NCBI RefSeq assembly: GCF_003704095.1
Contig: NW_020845867.1
Span: 62,001 to 126,000, forward strand
From: Pocillopora damicornis
Lineage: Eukaryota
Length of the DNA: 64,000 nucleotides
Direction of reading: 5' to 3'
Shown: positions 24,437 to 38,400 of the stretch, one piece after another
Layout: every line of letters begins with the position of its first letter
Position numbering within the stretch: position 1 is the first letter of the stretch
Notes under the pieces: generated by a model
Seen by the model: only the letters and a program-made list of their open reading frames with translations
Database searches by the model: none
Told to the model about the DNA's origin: nothing
Made by a program: the position numbers and the translations under genes

Positions 24437-27200
24437 ATGAATCCTTTAACGTGAGTAATTAACCTTTACCAATCCTTTTTTACTAAAAAATAATCGATTG
24501 ATCATCGTAGTTTCACGAAAATAGATACATTACTTATGGTCCGTCGGTAGATATGTGTGCGCTGTTGGCAGATAATGCAACCAACTTCCAAAGAGCGGGG
24601 CTTATGTTTTGTTAAGATCTCTCATTCAATATTTATTCTTTCGCTCGTGTTTGAAGTGCAAATGTACGCGTCGTTACAAGGTTACCAATCTTCGTCCAAG
24701 GTTTGTTCACACAGCTGTCAGTTCAGAGTTGAATTTATAGTGATCAGTGTATTACTCTTCACAGAAACGTCAAAAACATTCAGAAAATGAATGAAAAGAT
24801 GTTGGAGATGGGTGTGGAGGACAGCCAGGCATGGCACAAGCAGTACAAAGATAGTGCTTACGTCTTCATAGGTAACGTTGATTAAAAGTTTTCATACCCA
24901 CCGTCAAAATGAGCTACCTTTCCACTGATAACCAATTTCATTGTGCCTTTCATCTTCTGCGCACAAAATGCTGCCCAAGATAACCTTTATTATTCCCCTT
25001 TTTAAGACACAGACTAGTGAATAAAAATTCATTGAAACTGCTTTAAGAAAACTTTAATTGCATTAAAGTAGCCAATTATGAAAGGGATTTGTGGAAAAAC
25101 TCAGGGAGATGTAACCTCCCAAATGTGAGGGGCTGGTTTATGCAGTATAGTAGAACTCTGTGAATGTATGCATGCTTTGCCACTTAATGAAATGCATGGA
25201 ATATAGTCCAGGGGTTTTATTAAAAGCTGGTTACCATTGGTCTGCTGCTGCTTTTGAGACCACGTCATGTTGTTGTTTGGATGTTGCCATTCAGCCCCCT
25301 TTTTGGTCACAGCTGCCTATCACAACATCGGCAGCCTGTTATGAAAACCCCTGGCTAATTGATGGAAGCTCTCAGTTGCTCATATCATGCACTCTTGCAA
25401 ATACATGTCCTTACATTAACTGTAAGCTCTCTCTTTGCAGGTGGCCTACCTTTTGATCTCACTGAGGGCGATGTCCTGTGTGTGTTTTCACAGTATGTTG
25501 TCAAATTTCTGAGTGATAATTTCTTCCATTCACATTGGTTTGTTTACTGTTAAGATGGCCACCTTTTGCTGATGTTCAAGTTTCTTTAGCAGCTGTGTTG
25601 TTTAAAAATTTAGATATCATGAAGATGATGATGACTGCCATTTAGATTGTGAAAATGTCTGTCACTTCTACAAATGACAAACATGTGTATTAAATTACTA
25701 AAATGTTAACAATGGGGTCAATCTTCTAAATCTATTAGCAGTGCTTCTTTCAGAAGCAAACCAATTTTTTGTAACCAATTAAGCCTCTTGAACCTGCTCA
25801 AAAATTGTCTATTTGCATAATTCTGTCTATTTGGATCATTGTTTTCTCACATTGATTTGGCATTTGTGGATAGATATGGGGAAATTGTGAACATAAATCT
25901 GGTGAGAGACAAGAAAACTGGAAAATCAAAAGGATTTTGCTTTTTGTGTTATGAAGACCAGCGAAGCACAATATTGGCTGTGGACAACTTCAATGGAATC
26001 AAGGTCAGATTTTCCACTCATTAATGTTTTCAAAGAGGAAACAGTCATAATTAATCGTACTATCAACTGACTGAGTATTAGTAAAGCCCTTGGTATTCTG
26101 TTAAGATTCTGGTTTGGGACACTTTCATATTGCCTCCTCAATATTAGTATATGCATCCTCCTTATTGTTCTCCCTACATTTCCAAAGGTTCTGATGAGAA
26201 GAATTTGTTCAACAATCAAGATATTCTTTAATTATCATTTCATCTACTTACTTGACCTTATGAGTGATTGGGGGGTCATGTTGTAAAGAGCAATTGGATG
26301 CTATTCACTAGTTTGTATTACATTTTGTTTGGAGCATGCCCTTCTTTTATTTTAATTCCTGTAGTACACTGTAAAGTTTTTAAACTTACAATAGGATTGT
26401 TTGTGTCTTTTCTAAAGCTTGGTGGCAGAATAATCAGAGTGGATCACTGCTCAAATTATCGAAGACCATTAAGTGATGAAAAGGATGAACATGGGAAAAG
26501 AAAGGAGATTATTGAGGAAGGCTGTGCTCCTAAAACACCTTCACCATCACCACCAGCCTCAGAAGATGAGGAGATCCTTGAACTACCAAAGAAAAGAAAG
26601 AAAGAGAAAAAAGCAAAGAAAGACAAGAAACTCAAAGAAGAGAAATTACAAAAGAGAAAGAAAATGTTGTCCAGCTTAGGGGAAGAGGATCTTGAAGAAC
26701 CTACCAATAAAAAGAGAAGTGTGCTTGGGTCTGATAACAAAAGGGAAGGGACTGACAGAGATCTGTCTCGTGACCGTGATTTGCGGAATGTGAAAGCTAG
26801 TGTGATGCACGACAGTGGACGTGATCAGGATTTTAGAGACCATCACGCTTATAAACAGGGTAGAGTTTCAAACAAACATGGCCGCGATGGGCACATCAGT
26901 GATCGTAAGCGTGAGCGAGAAATTAATGAAAGCGATCGCGAAGCACGCAATCGTGAACATGATATTCGTGAGCGTAACCATGAAGCACATACTCACGAAT
27001 TCCGTGACAATCACATCACTAGTAACCGTAAGGAGCAAAGAGACAGAGACTATCGCAACTCATTGCGTGACAATAGAGGGCATGAGGTAGATGGAAGAAA
27101 AAGAGATAGGTTCAATAGGCCAGGAGATCATCGAGATGAAAGTAGGAAGTATGAGAGACGGGACAGAAATAACTTCAGTGATCGAAGGGACAGAAGATGA
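24437..27200 (+). CDS. RBMX2: RNA-binding motif protein X-linked 2 (Snu17/IST3, RES complex); exons 24437-24450, 24765-24871, 25441-25492, 25874-26003, 26418-27200
   Basis: Spliced product reads [15 protein letters not shown]...[85 protein letters not shown], then a K-rich and R/D-rich tail. Confidence 0.95.
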
Positions 27201-28459
27201 CGGGTTTCAAACCAAATTGTTCCCAGTTCCTTAAAAAACTTAGGTTTGAAAGCAATACCAAACAAAATTGTCACTTCATGATTTTATTGTAATAAAATAT
27301 CCATTTACATTTGATAAAGAATTTTTTTGATACCTGAAAATGGTAACTCAAAGAGATTATAGCTTTAGATTGTCAGTAGCTTGGAATTTACCACACTGTA
27401 GAAAGGTTTTCCAAATACACGACTGGCACATGCAGAAAAAATTGAGCCTCAACATACTGTATCTTTTTATAACATGCAAACTATGGAATTTTATTTATGT
27501 TTTATATTATGCAATAAACCGCTTTTTCAATTGGTGACCCACACAGGATGATGGGAGAACATGAGAAAAGTTTGAAAAATCACGAGCCAGAGGTGAGTGA
27601 TTTACAACCTTTTTGTTGTTTTCCCAACATCACGCAAAACCAATAGGATAAGCCATCTAATGCTTTTATAAAATAAACTTCAATTTTCCTCTGAATTTAC
27701 CATTGCAAGACACAATAAGTGTTTGACCAATCAGGGTGCTCAGTTATTTTAGAAAATGCCTTTAACCCTGGTTTCAATAGCAAAGCAGCATTGCAGAGAG
27801 ATTGGATATTGGTGTAAATCATTTTCTGTATGTGAAAGTCCGTAAAAATGATGACTGAGGCAGAAGAGCACAAAGTAGCAAGTTTGGATCTGAAACCTTA
27901 GAGTCCACATGTTATTGAGGGAGACACAAAACGACTTGAACATCACTGCAAGTCTTTAGAAGACAAATTGATTTGACTTCATGCAGTCATTGACATGAGA
28001 TGATGTTCAATTAATGATACAGAAACAAAACAGTGCATGACAATGGTCTCTAGATTTGTCATAAGTATAGCAGAGCCTTTGGAAGGTTAAGGGTTTAAAG
28101 GTGAAGAGAGGGTTTGCCACTTGCAAATTGCAGATATCCCATGAGCAGGCCCCTGTGATAAGCACTACACCACAAGCGTTTCTTTGTCTTCCAGAAAGGT
28201 TAAATACTTTAGGGGGGGGGGGTTCCGAGGTGTCTGCCAAACCCCTCAGAAACCTCTTACCAGCTCCCGTTGCACAAGCCCTCACAGGCAAAGAAATGCT
28301 TATGCCACAAGTTAATAATGACAGCTTCCTTGCAGGCTCTGTCAGATATGGTTAAATTCATCTTATCAAGAGGACTTACTAACCCTATCAGAGCTCCTCT
28401 ATCTGATTGCATTGACCTTATCATTCCATTAGCCCTAAATAACAGAGAGATGTTTGTAT

Positions 28460-31400
28460 TCAGTTAACAGCAATGTGTTTGTGTATTCTAACAGTCCTAG
28501 TCTCAGAGTTGTATGTCTTGCTGCCTTCACTCCTGTCCATGCGAAGAGGAAGAGTACTGGTAGCAAGAGAAGATACCTCCCAATATAAACTCCTTGATAA
28601 AAAGAGTCTGTATAGCAAAAGGATTGACATGGACTGAGCAGTCAACAAGCCCCATGTGATAACCTGAAATCAACAGATATATAAGTATTCATGAATGTTC
28701 AGTTTCAAGTTAGTCCACTTCTAACAGTGTAGGGATAGCAGAAGCTGGGGGGAGGCGGAGGATGGGGATGTGCTGCAGATGGGGTCGTATTTTCATGTCT
28801 GGATTGATTGTAATGGTGTTACTTTTTTAAAAGAGGGAATAGAATGGGGTTGTGCTTTTTCAGGATTTTGGGGCTAAGAAAATTCTTGTAGGTAGGGTCA
28901 GTTAGCAAATTACCAGAAAGTTTGTATTGAAGGTAAAAAGTAAAGTGATCTAAATTCAAATTAATTTATTTTAGGTTGGTGTACTTAAAAAGGCTTTATA
29001 AACAAAAAGTGACAAAGTTGAAGTGACCCAGATGGTCTATAAGCAGCCACAAAATAGACTATGATAAGGTAGGGGTTTTGAGGGGCCTGCAGCATCATAC
29101 ACTATTTCAAGTAGCAGTAATCACATTTAACCTTTGAGAAATAAACCACCCCTTATCATGTACTGGTCAAAAGTGAGTTGTTTATAATCAAACCTATTTG
29201 CAATACACTGTACCTTGATTTGAATTTAATCATAGTTACCTTAAATCTTGAATGAACAGGTAATACCAATGACAAAATTGCTAAAGCTGGGTATGCTAAA
29301 AGCCACGTCAAACAACACTGAAAACAAAAATGCAGTTACCTTAGTTTTTATGAACTACCTCAGTCTGCAACATGGAAAACGGAATGCACATACCTGTATC
29401 ATTAAAACATGATACCCACCTTTGCAAACTTATTGTAAAATTCCCTACGAAGTGTACTTCGTTCTTCTGTGATTTTCTTATTAATGTTGGCACCAAAGCC
29501 ACCAGCTATCAAAATTTTTATAAGAACTAAAAGAAGAGTTGTATCCCAAAATGACGACATGACCTGCAAACAAAAGCAATGATAAATTAGGGTAAACTAT
29601 AATGGCAGAAATCCCTCTTTTGTCAGTTTTTCCCAAAGCACAATTCAAGGGAAATCAGAGATAAAGTTGGTGCCACAAAAGCCCTTGCAAACTGAGTTCA
29701 CAAAGGTTAATTTTTTTGTTAAAAATCTTAAAATTCTAAGACTTTCTACAATGTGTTCCACAACCTTATTGATGTGTTCCATTACCAGTAATTGAGATCT
29801 TGCTTCCCAAATGAGGAAAAAGCAAATATGTCAAAAAGGCATTTTATGTTGTTGTTGAATAATGGGATTAATTTTATAATTAAAAGAAACTGTAGCGCCA
29901 TGTTTGTAGGGGTATAACAACATAATTTGGTTTCATCATCTGAGTAGGTGATGTGAATTGGTCACCATAAAGAGACTCTAATGAGCTGACATTTCCAGCA
30001 TCAGTTTCAATCAAATAACTGTGTCAAGTGTTAGTTTAGGAAGTGGTTGGCAACACACCTCAAAACCTGAAACTACAATAACACCAATATTAATCTGCTT
30101 CATTTGTTTTGGATCAAGAGTTGAAAAAGAAGAACTCAGAGTCCATCCTGTAGATAACTTGGCCATCATCAGTAACATCTGATATCCTGCAAGGCCATTA
30201 ACTGCTGTAATAAAATATCGAATACAAAAGATTAAAGTTTTTGTCGGATTTACTCCACAAGGGAAGAAGTCATGGTCCTAATGTTTGGCCTGAAAGGGTA
30301 TGGTGCGACCTGCTCAACAGGAAGTACTTTGATTCTTGCATTGTGTATACTATATCTCTATTTACCCTCTTTAACTGGAACCAGGAGTCTTTAATATGAG
30401 GTGAGCATTAGCAATGTACAGTCTAAATGGAACGAAGGAGAAGGAGTGAATTTTGCATGGTAGTTATAATTAGGAGAATTTGTTTAACAAACAGGAGCTT
30501 CTTGAGTTTGTGATCATTTCCTTACCTCTCATGACCTTAATGTTTGATTCAGTGATGATACTGTTGGGAGAAATTAGATTCTTACAACTCTTAAGGGTTT
30601 AAGAATTAAGCCTGTTCTCCTTGATGAGATGCTTATAATGCATCTCTATTCACAGGAATGGCAATTGAAACAACTTAACCCTTTAACTCCTGGACCAAAT
30701 TTGTAATTCTCCTTACTGTCAACCACATGATTCTTATAATGTTAGTTCAGAGAATTTAGTATTGGATCAACGAATTATCCAAAAAAATTTTAGTTTTCTT
30801 TATTCTCATCACTTGTCTGGTTGATATTGTATTGATATTGTAAGGAGAAAGTCTGTCTTGGTCACTCATGGAAGCTAAAGGATTAAGTGTAGTAAGAGGA
30901 CTATGTGTAATAAAGTAACTTTCTTTCACACCGTTTACCTGTGGAGAGATTATCAAGAAGAGGATAGCCTTCACCATCCTTGGAATATCTAGGGTTTAAA
31001 AAATTGTAACAGTTAGAATAATCAAGTGATTACATGATTGTGATTAAAACTTTCACCACAAAATCTGTGCAAATGAAAATACAAATTGTGAATACCTGTA
31101 GATATGAATGAGAGTGAGAAAGTGTCCTATGCCTTGGTAAATCAAGGCTATTGACAGCATTTTGATCACCTAAAGATTACACAAAACAAAAATGTCTCAA
31201 CAGTAATATTTTATTGAGGCCAGTCTCATGTGTGGATATTATTAAAAGCAAATATGGATTTTAAGTGGACCCTTAAAATAACATAAAAGACTGTCCGCAG
31301 TAGGTTGAGGTTTTGACACTATTGGAACCTGGACATGACTCAACTTAGCATGAAGTTGCCTAGATTCAGGCTCTTACAGCAGATTTTTGGTAAATTCTTG

Positions 31401-33785
31401 TGCAAGAAACACCAGTGACACACACCAGGCCAATTAGCTACCAATACTCAAAATTACATTCAAGAATGAGACACATGTATTGGTAGTTTTGAAATTCAGA
31501 CTGAAAATATCAGACAATGAAACAAAGTGGACTAATTTTTTTGCTAAGATCCACACATTTATCCATTAAATTAAAATTTAAAAAAAATGGCTTTGGGCCC
31601 ATAGAGCTACCAGGACTTTCAAGAAACTGGTTCTGGGGTTCAAAATGAAACATCTTAATCTGCAGTGCTATGCACTACAAATCTGGCCTTCTTTTATCAC
31701 CAGAAAGGAACAATGACAGCAAACACAACCAACTAAGCAAAATCATACTATTTTGATTTGACATAAAATTCCTTTCAGTAGCAGTAAAAGGAATGCTTGA
31801 TCTTTAGTAAGAAGAACTGATACCTTGACCAAGGTTAACCCTTTTACCCCTAAGAGTCACTAGAATTTCTCCTTACAGTTTCACTCTGGAATCACACATT
31901 GAGGTCATGAGAATAAAAGAAATGATCGCAAACTAAAGAAGCTCTTGATTGTTAAACAAATTCTCCTTGTCAGCACCTTAGGAAATGTATAGAGAACAGT
32001 GTGGAGAATATGCATAATGATGTTAAGGTGTAAAGGGTTAATACAAACATACCAAGTGCATGGGTCCTCCTTTCTGTATAGTCTGCCACAGACGCTGACC
32101 ATAAGCTATTGCTCCAGCAAAGTAAAGGAATGCCAGCACCTCATAGAATGAAAGCAAACCTGTAAATAAAATAACAAAATCCTGTTGCTCCTGAAAATAT
32201 ACTGATGAGGCTGGCAATTGGAAACAGAAGAGGAAGCAAGTATAACCTCTGATGGATGAACATTACATCTTGGGGAAAGTGGCAACACTCTTGGTAATTT
32301 CTTCCTGTTTTTTTGTACAGAAACTGGGAGAAACTAATGGCCACTTAAGAATGACAAAGGACTTAATCTGGTTACCATCTGATTCAAAATATGAACTGCT
32401 TGGATTCTGGAGCCTTCCTAATTATTGTTCCAGAACAAGAATTCTTCATCAGAACTTCAACAAACCCAGATACTGTGAAGTTTAACTCATTTTACAATAC
32501 AAATGCTGACCTGTCTCATCACAGCCACAGTGATTTGTTGGTTTTCCACCAGAATCAGGATTAAGCATTTCTAAAGTGAATGCAATGTCATCAAGAGCTG
32601 GCACACTAGGGTCACAGGTCACAGAATCCGCATACAGAACATACCATACCTTGGGGTCATCCCAAGGGGAAAACTTATTTTCTCCTGATGTAGTTTCAAG
32701 TGCAACTGAAAGAGGCCCAGCAATAGTGGTTAAAAAGGATCTCCATAATTGATAATTCATTAATGGCTCAATTATAAGTATAAATCATCCAAGTTAACCC
32801 TTTAACTCCAAAGATCTGATTGTTAGTTCACCCCCTCTGGCTGCTACACTTTTAATTTCTAGTTAATTCAAGATATCAACTTCTCTCTGACAAGTTCGAG
32901 TTTTCTCATTACCTGTTTGCTGGACAATGTATGGATCTTAAAGGGAAAGGTTATATGTTGGTCATTTCTTGAAGTTAAAGAGGTCTGTCATACATTGTGT
33001 GCAGACCCTAAAATATCTGATAAAGTGGAAGGGACATTCTCTATGTGCATACAGAGAGAGTCTTTATCATTCATGAGTATCAAACAAATAAAGTTGTTCG
33101 ACTTACATGAATATTGAGCCATATCAAGCCTGTTCTGACACTGTGATGTTTGCTCCACCAATGGCCATTTCTCGTCAAGGAAAAAATACAGCTTTCCACT
33201 TGAGGTTGTGTTTAACTTAAAAGTAACCAGGGCATCACCTAATGTACACAATGGTATGACAAGAAAAATTAAATCAACAAGCAATCACTAGAATCTCTCG
33301 AGATCTGCTCCACCTCAAAAGCGTCATCTATGTGTTTCGGGAATGTCAGATACACATTTAGCTGGCCATCATGGCTCATGCTTTCCGTGGCCATTTTCTG
33401 AGGAAAATCACAGAAGGACGAGTTTAAATAATATTCATATAACATAGCAATACGTGGTGAACTGGCGGTAAGCACATCTAACAACCCAGAAATCAGCTGT
33501 CGCGAAAATTCGCGAAAGCTGAAATTCTACCTGCTCACACACACCTCTGGATAATAAAACGAGTGTTTCTTGAAATTGCGTCTCCTGTTATCGTAGGTTA
33601 ATAAATGAAAAGACAAAAATTCATTCCTAGCTGAATTAAAACTTACCGTAAAAGCAGAACTTAGTCAGATACTGACCCTGATACAGTCGGGCCGAACGAG
33701 AGCTGAAAACACCGCGCAAGGTTCTGCAATTTACGATCATTAGGAAGCTAAATAAAACTAGCACAAGGAAACAGAGATTTGGCAT
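28460..33785 (-). CDS. GPR180: Integral membrane protein GPR180-like (GOLD + 7TM); exons 33785-33647, 33238-33107, 32705-32511, 32159-32053, 31169-31096, 30988-30939, 30204-30059, 29563-29420, 29317-29240, 28663-28460
   Basis: Signal peptide followed by RTLRGVFSS; WYVLYAD, MLNPD, KGGPMHLV, YSKDGEG, GWTL, ERSTLRREFY, LYRLFLSRSLYWEVSSL...TLPL. All ten exons join in frame at GT-AG. Confidence 0.9.
29885..30005 (-). mobile_element. Decayed copy of the Penelope-type repeat seen at 40820-40973
   Basis: AGAAACTGTAGCGCC...AATTGGTCACC...GCTGACATTTCCAGC parallels AGAAACTGTGGTGCTG...ATTGGCCA...CTGACGTTTCGAGC. Confidence 0.55.
30675..30886. mobile_element. piggyBac-type MITE, subfamily A
   Basis: TTAACCCTTTAACTCC...GCTAAAGGATTAA; near copy of 710-920. 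Confidence 0.75.
31835..32041. mobile_element. piggyBac-type MITE, subfamily C, TTAA at both ends
   Basis: TTAA|CCCTTTTACCCC...GGTGTAAAGGG|TTAA; sits immediately inside a GPR180 splice donor. Confidence 0.8.
32794..32983. mobile_element. piggyBac-type MITE, subfamily B
   Basis: TTAACCCTTTAACTCCAAAGATCTGATT...GAAGTTAAAGAGG. Confidence 0.7.
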
Positions 33786-33886
33786 AATGATATCTTTCGT
33801 GAGAAAGAATATCTAAAGAATTAATTTGCGTCAAAAACGCATTAAATGACCATTTGTCTGAGGAATATATCTCTGCGTCTGTCCAT

Positions 33887-33897
33887 CCGCCATGTTT
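33887..33897. promoter_or_regulatory. YY1-type motif about 100 bp upstream of the GPR180 ATG
   Basis: CCGCCATGTTT (minus strand AAACATGGCGG) in a CpG-retaining promoter region. Confidence 0.45.
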
Positions 33898-35425
33898 TAG
33901 TTAAAATAAATTGCGCTTGCGCGTTCGGTTGCCACGTGTACTTGGAAATCTAAAACCTTGGACTGGAGGATTGTAGTAGTGGATGGTAACCAGCCACTAT
34001 ATTGAACTTGGAACATAGGAAATTGACGTAGAAATAAAAGGTAAAGCAAACATCAGTGAGTAGTAAAAACTGGAAAAATAAACAAAAAACAACAACAAAA
34101 TACGACAAAACCAACAGAAAAAAGAACAACAACAAAAAACGCAAAATGTTTAAATAAAAAAGTAGATTTAGTTTTTATTTCCTTGAAATTGAAAAAAGAC
34201 ACACATAGAGATACGGTTCCCCAAAAGAAAATGTCCAGTTGACAGTAGAGAACTCGAGTCATGAAAAAAAAAACCCCAAGATTTCGTCCAAAGATTACCG
34301 ATTCGACTGAATACTAGGATATTTACATACGCGTATCCCGTTATTTTACACTGATTGTATGGTTATTACAGGCAAAACGTTTCATATCTTATTTGCAAAG
34401 GAACTTATTTTCTTTTTTAAAAGTTCTTTTTTATTTTAAAAATACGAAAATTTTCCAAGAAAATTGCACCAGGCAAATAACCTTTTTCTACATAATTCAA
34501 GATCGTTTTGCATAAGATTTGTTGGAGGCAAACAAAAAATCAGCAATATGCATTTTTAAGTGCACGATAAGGCATTAGTGGTGGCATGATGGTCATTTTT
34601 TTTTTATTACCAAAGTGAAATACGATAAGGTGCATCACCAAATTACCAGCCACAACAGAGATTGTACCATTTTAACAAGAATGTATATTTGCTTTTTATG
34701 AGTCAAAGAAGGGTGAAGCGATCGCTTTCTACTTGTTCGTGTACGTTTCCTGTGACTATAAACACGAAATAAACGCAAATCTCTCTTGTTGAATGGAAGA
34801 AGTACCGACGTTAGTCTGTGTAATATTGAACTTTTAGCCTTCCCAAAGATGACATCTAATAGAAATAACGATTGTATAAGACGACTTCATCCTCGAAGCC
34901 AAAAGTTTAATTTCGGTTCTAAATATTGTCATCAGGTAAATTGTAATAAGTATTTCCTGGTATATAAGAGATTAAGATAAAAATGTAAATTTAAAGAACA
35001 CAATAATTTAGACTTTTCTTTGTTTATATGAATTATTTTAAGGATTAGACGTCAGATTTTTAACATATATATGCAATAATGCTTGGATTGTCATTGTGGC
35101 AAAACCAATTGAAATAAAACCTTGCAATTGTAAACTGTGGTATGAAAGCTAGCGGGGATTCCAGAACAAATGTAAGTGCCCCCGGGCCATGAGAAATGAT
35201 CAAACATTCAAGACTAATAGGTTTTTCGAGTTAATGAAAAATTTCTATAAGAGTTTATGCTGTTGATGTTAGGAAATTCCCCTTGAGCCCAGTGCGCGTT
35301 CTAACGGGCAAAATATATCAATGTCTGTCACAAATTACATCAACACTAATGAACATAATCCTGTATCAAATTTAATGCTCTTTGCGTTGCATCAGAATCG
35401 ACAGAAATATTGTCAACGCTAAACG

Positions 35426-38400
35426 ATGGATGATCACGAATTAAACTTTGCGTCTTCCTTGCGGCACGATTCCTCAAGCAAGACCCTTGAGTCGGACTCA
35501 TCGGAGCGCATGAATCGACGACAATCGAAGGTTTCCATCTTTCATTTAGCTGCCTTTGTTTTCGTGTTGGGATTTTGCTTCCTTGTAGCTGGAGTAGTGC
35601 TGATAACTTTGTCTCAAACACGGACATCAGAGACGCAAAAGAACTCTGCCTTCAATCAAACGATCGACAGTAAAAAAAACTACACATTTGGCGAAAACAA
35701 GACAGTCACAGAAAGTCGCTGTGCGTTTTCGTCAGGAGGTCAGCTTGCAGGTAGGTGTCATCTCTGTGACAGATGTCTTGTATTAAAATGTTTTGCCGGC
35801 AGTACCAGTCAACCATCGTTAATTGCTACTGATATATTTCTTCCATCGAGTTGATAAGCACAATAGCCAGCGCATCATTCTCGTGTAAGGAATTTTTTAT
35901 TTGTTCGTTTGCTTTTGGTCATTTATTTTTTCTTCTGCTGAAGTCTCAGATCATGGTCCTCGTGACAGACTATTTTTTTAGGGTAATCGGCTTTTTCGAT
36001 CGTGTTGAAAAGGAGCAAGGAATTTGCCTAAGAGCAAAGCATCTTAAATTTTACTATGATCTAAATGACTTTTAACAATGCTTAGCGGTTTTGTTGTTTA
36101 GAATTCTTGGATAACTTAATCGATGTAAGGAAAATATTGAATTTTAATCTTTTTGATAAAATTCTTTGATTAGTTTTGTGACTTCACTATTTTGACAACC
36201 GTTCGACAAATTTGAGCTTCAATGGCAAACTAACATTCAAGTCATGTCGATGCTATATGGCAATCTTATCAATATTGTCATAAATATTACTGCTTCAGTC
36301 TTACACATTTCTTTTGTGCGGCCTACATAACACATCCCCCGTGTGGCTTTTGGCAAACTTTGAAAACATCTGAATTTCCTATTCCTCGAGCATAGAATAA
36401 TGACTAACTCATATGGAAACGAGAAAGTTGTCCAGCTCCCGATTAAGACCGTTGCTAATTTTGTAATGTTCCAAACTGGTTCTGTGACGTCTCGAGGAAT
36501 TTATAGGAATTTCCTCATTGCACAATCATCTAAAAATATGGAAAAATATGAATTACTACGATTCGCGCTTTCATGGGTCGATAGGTGTGTTTAGACAACA
36601 CGATTATGACGCTGTATAGTTTAATTTAAAAGCGATACAGGACCTTTTTCGTCTTATAATCAGGGACTTATCTGAAGAATTCCTCGGAAGGTATGGAATA
36701 CCAGAGTCAAATAAATGTCTCGAATTATTCCAACTCGTTTCATGTTCAGATGAAGATACGTAAACGAAGCCTGAAAAAAAAAGACGCTCTATTTTCAAGT
36801 TGCGTCTTTCAAGCGAACAACCCCCACCCAAAAAAAAAAAAAAAATTCGATGTCTTTGTTTTTTTGGCGCTCCTCTCATACTTGGTTTACGCCAGGCACT
36901 CGCCTCCTGCTTGCCTCCTTTCGCCTGAAAACGCAAAAAAAATTAAGGTTTGTTACAATGTATACGCGCTATACATTATTTTCACCCTTTTCGTGCATTT
37001 TCTTATTTCGTAGTGTAATAATAACCATAAACTGCAAGTAACTTCCCCATAATGAGTGAAACCACGGTTTCCTCGGGCTTGGCACAACAAGATTTGTTTT
37101 TATATTGTTTGCTTGTTTTTTTCTACGCTTTACCAATGTTACAGTCAGTTTAGTGTGTTTTCTGTCCTTTTTCTCTCCGGTCCCGTAGGTTTAGAGTCAT
37201 TCTTCAGAAAGATAAGAGAAGTACAAACCAGCTTTACACCTTACAAAAGTTACCTCACAAAAGAACAATTTAAACCTTACAACCCAGAGCCACAGGCAGT
37301 CAAAAAGTTAACTGACCAAACAAAGAGACTCTATGAAGAACTGTTGGAGATAAAAGCTAGCTTGGAAGTGGGAAAACTAAAGCTACATGAAAGACGACAA
37401 TTAGCTGTTGCGGAGCACGAATTGAAACATTTCTTCGGGAAACCTTATGGAAACAATTATTATACAGGTTAGCCAAAGTGCACCTCTGTATTCTCTATTT
37501 GGTTTCAAGCTATTGCCCTTTCTTTTTGTCAGCAGGAAGGAGTCTGGTGGCAGGAAAGCCTTCAAAGCGCGTGAAACAATTTAGATAACACTTGATGTCA
37601 ACTCTCCGTTAATCTCCCGTCAATTAAAAAGGAGACCCACGTGCTGGAGTGTTTGGGAGACTTCGTATACTCCATGTCTTCTCCTTCTTGGTTCTTCTAC
37701 TGGAACTGAAGCTTACCAATTGATGAATCATAGAATACGATGAACTTACATTTTCCGTTTGTAAGAAGAATAATTGAAAGGATTACCACCGACACGAACG
37801 TAAAGATTGAACGTAAAACAAAATGGAAAAGAAAGAGTGCCCTCGAGCAAAACCTTACTTTAAGTAATCCTCTTCATAACCGCTCGCTTGGATGCAACGC
37901 AGCGCTCCCTGCTCCCTCCCCCCTAGGAGTGGAAGAGTGTGTTGCTTGACACTCCACAGAACGGCTGCGAGGGAGATAATGGTTTTATTGGTGTAAAAGT
38001 CATTAATCATAATTTGCCGATAATTTCCACTAAGATAACAAAAAAATCTTAAGAAAAGTTTTTCTTTTCGTCGAAAAACTGTTCTTAATTTCTGTATCGA
38101 AATAATCGAATTTTACATGCAAGTAGTCAGAAGGTGTTCATAGTCGTGACTCATATAATTTTTTTTCTCCGTGTCGATCAGGAGCTTGGATGCTGGGTCC
38201 GGGTCAGAGATGCACATTGGAACCAATCGCATCTCTACCTCTTCACTTAAACATAGCCCTTTACATATTTTTAACAAATCAGAACAAAACTTTGAAAGTT
38301 GCAGAAGATTTCATAAAGATGCTACCAAAATTTCGAGAAGGAATCCAACGGTACAAGTTGAACCTACAGAGGGGTGTGACATCTGGAATGATCCGCTCCA

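Noticed and set aside
25620-25680. Another hammerhead-like remnant (also 12285-12330)
   Set aside because: Core and stems are too degenerate to call a ribozyme; at most decayed Penelope-type sequence.
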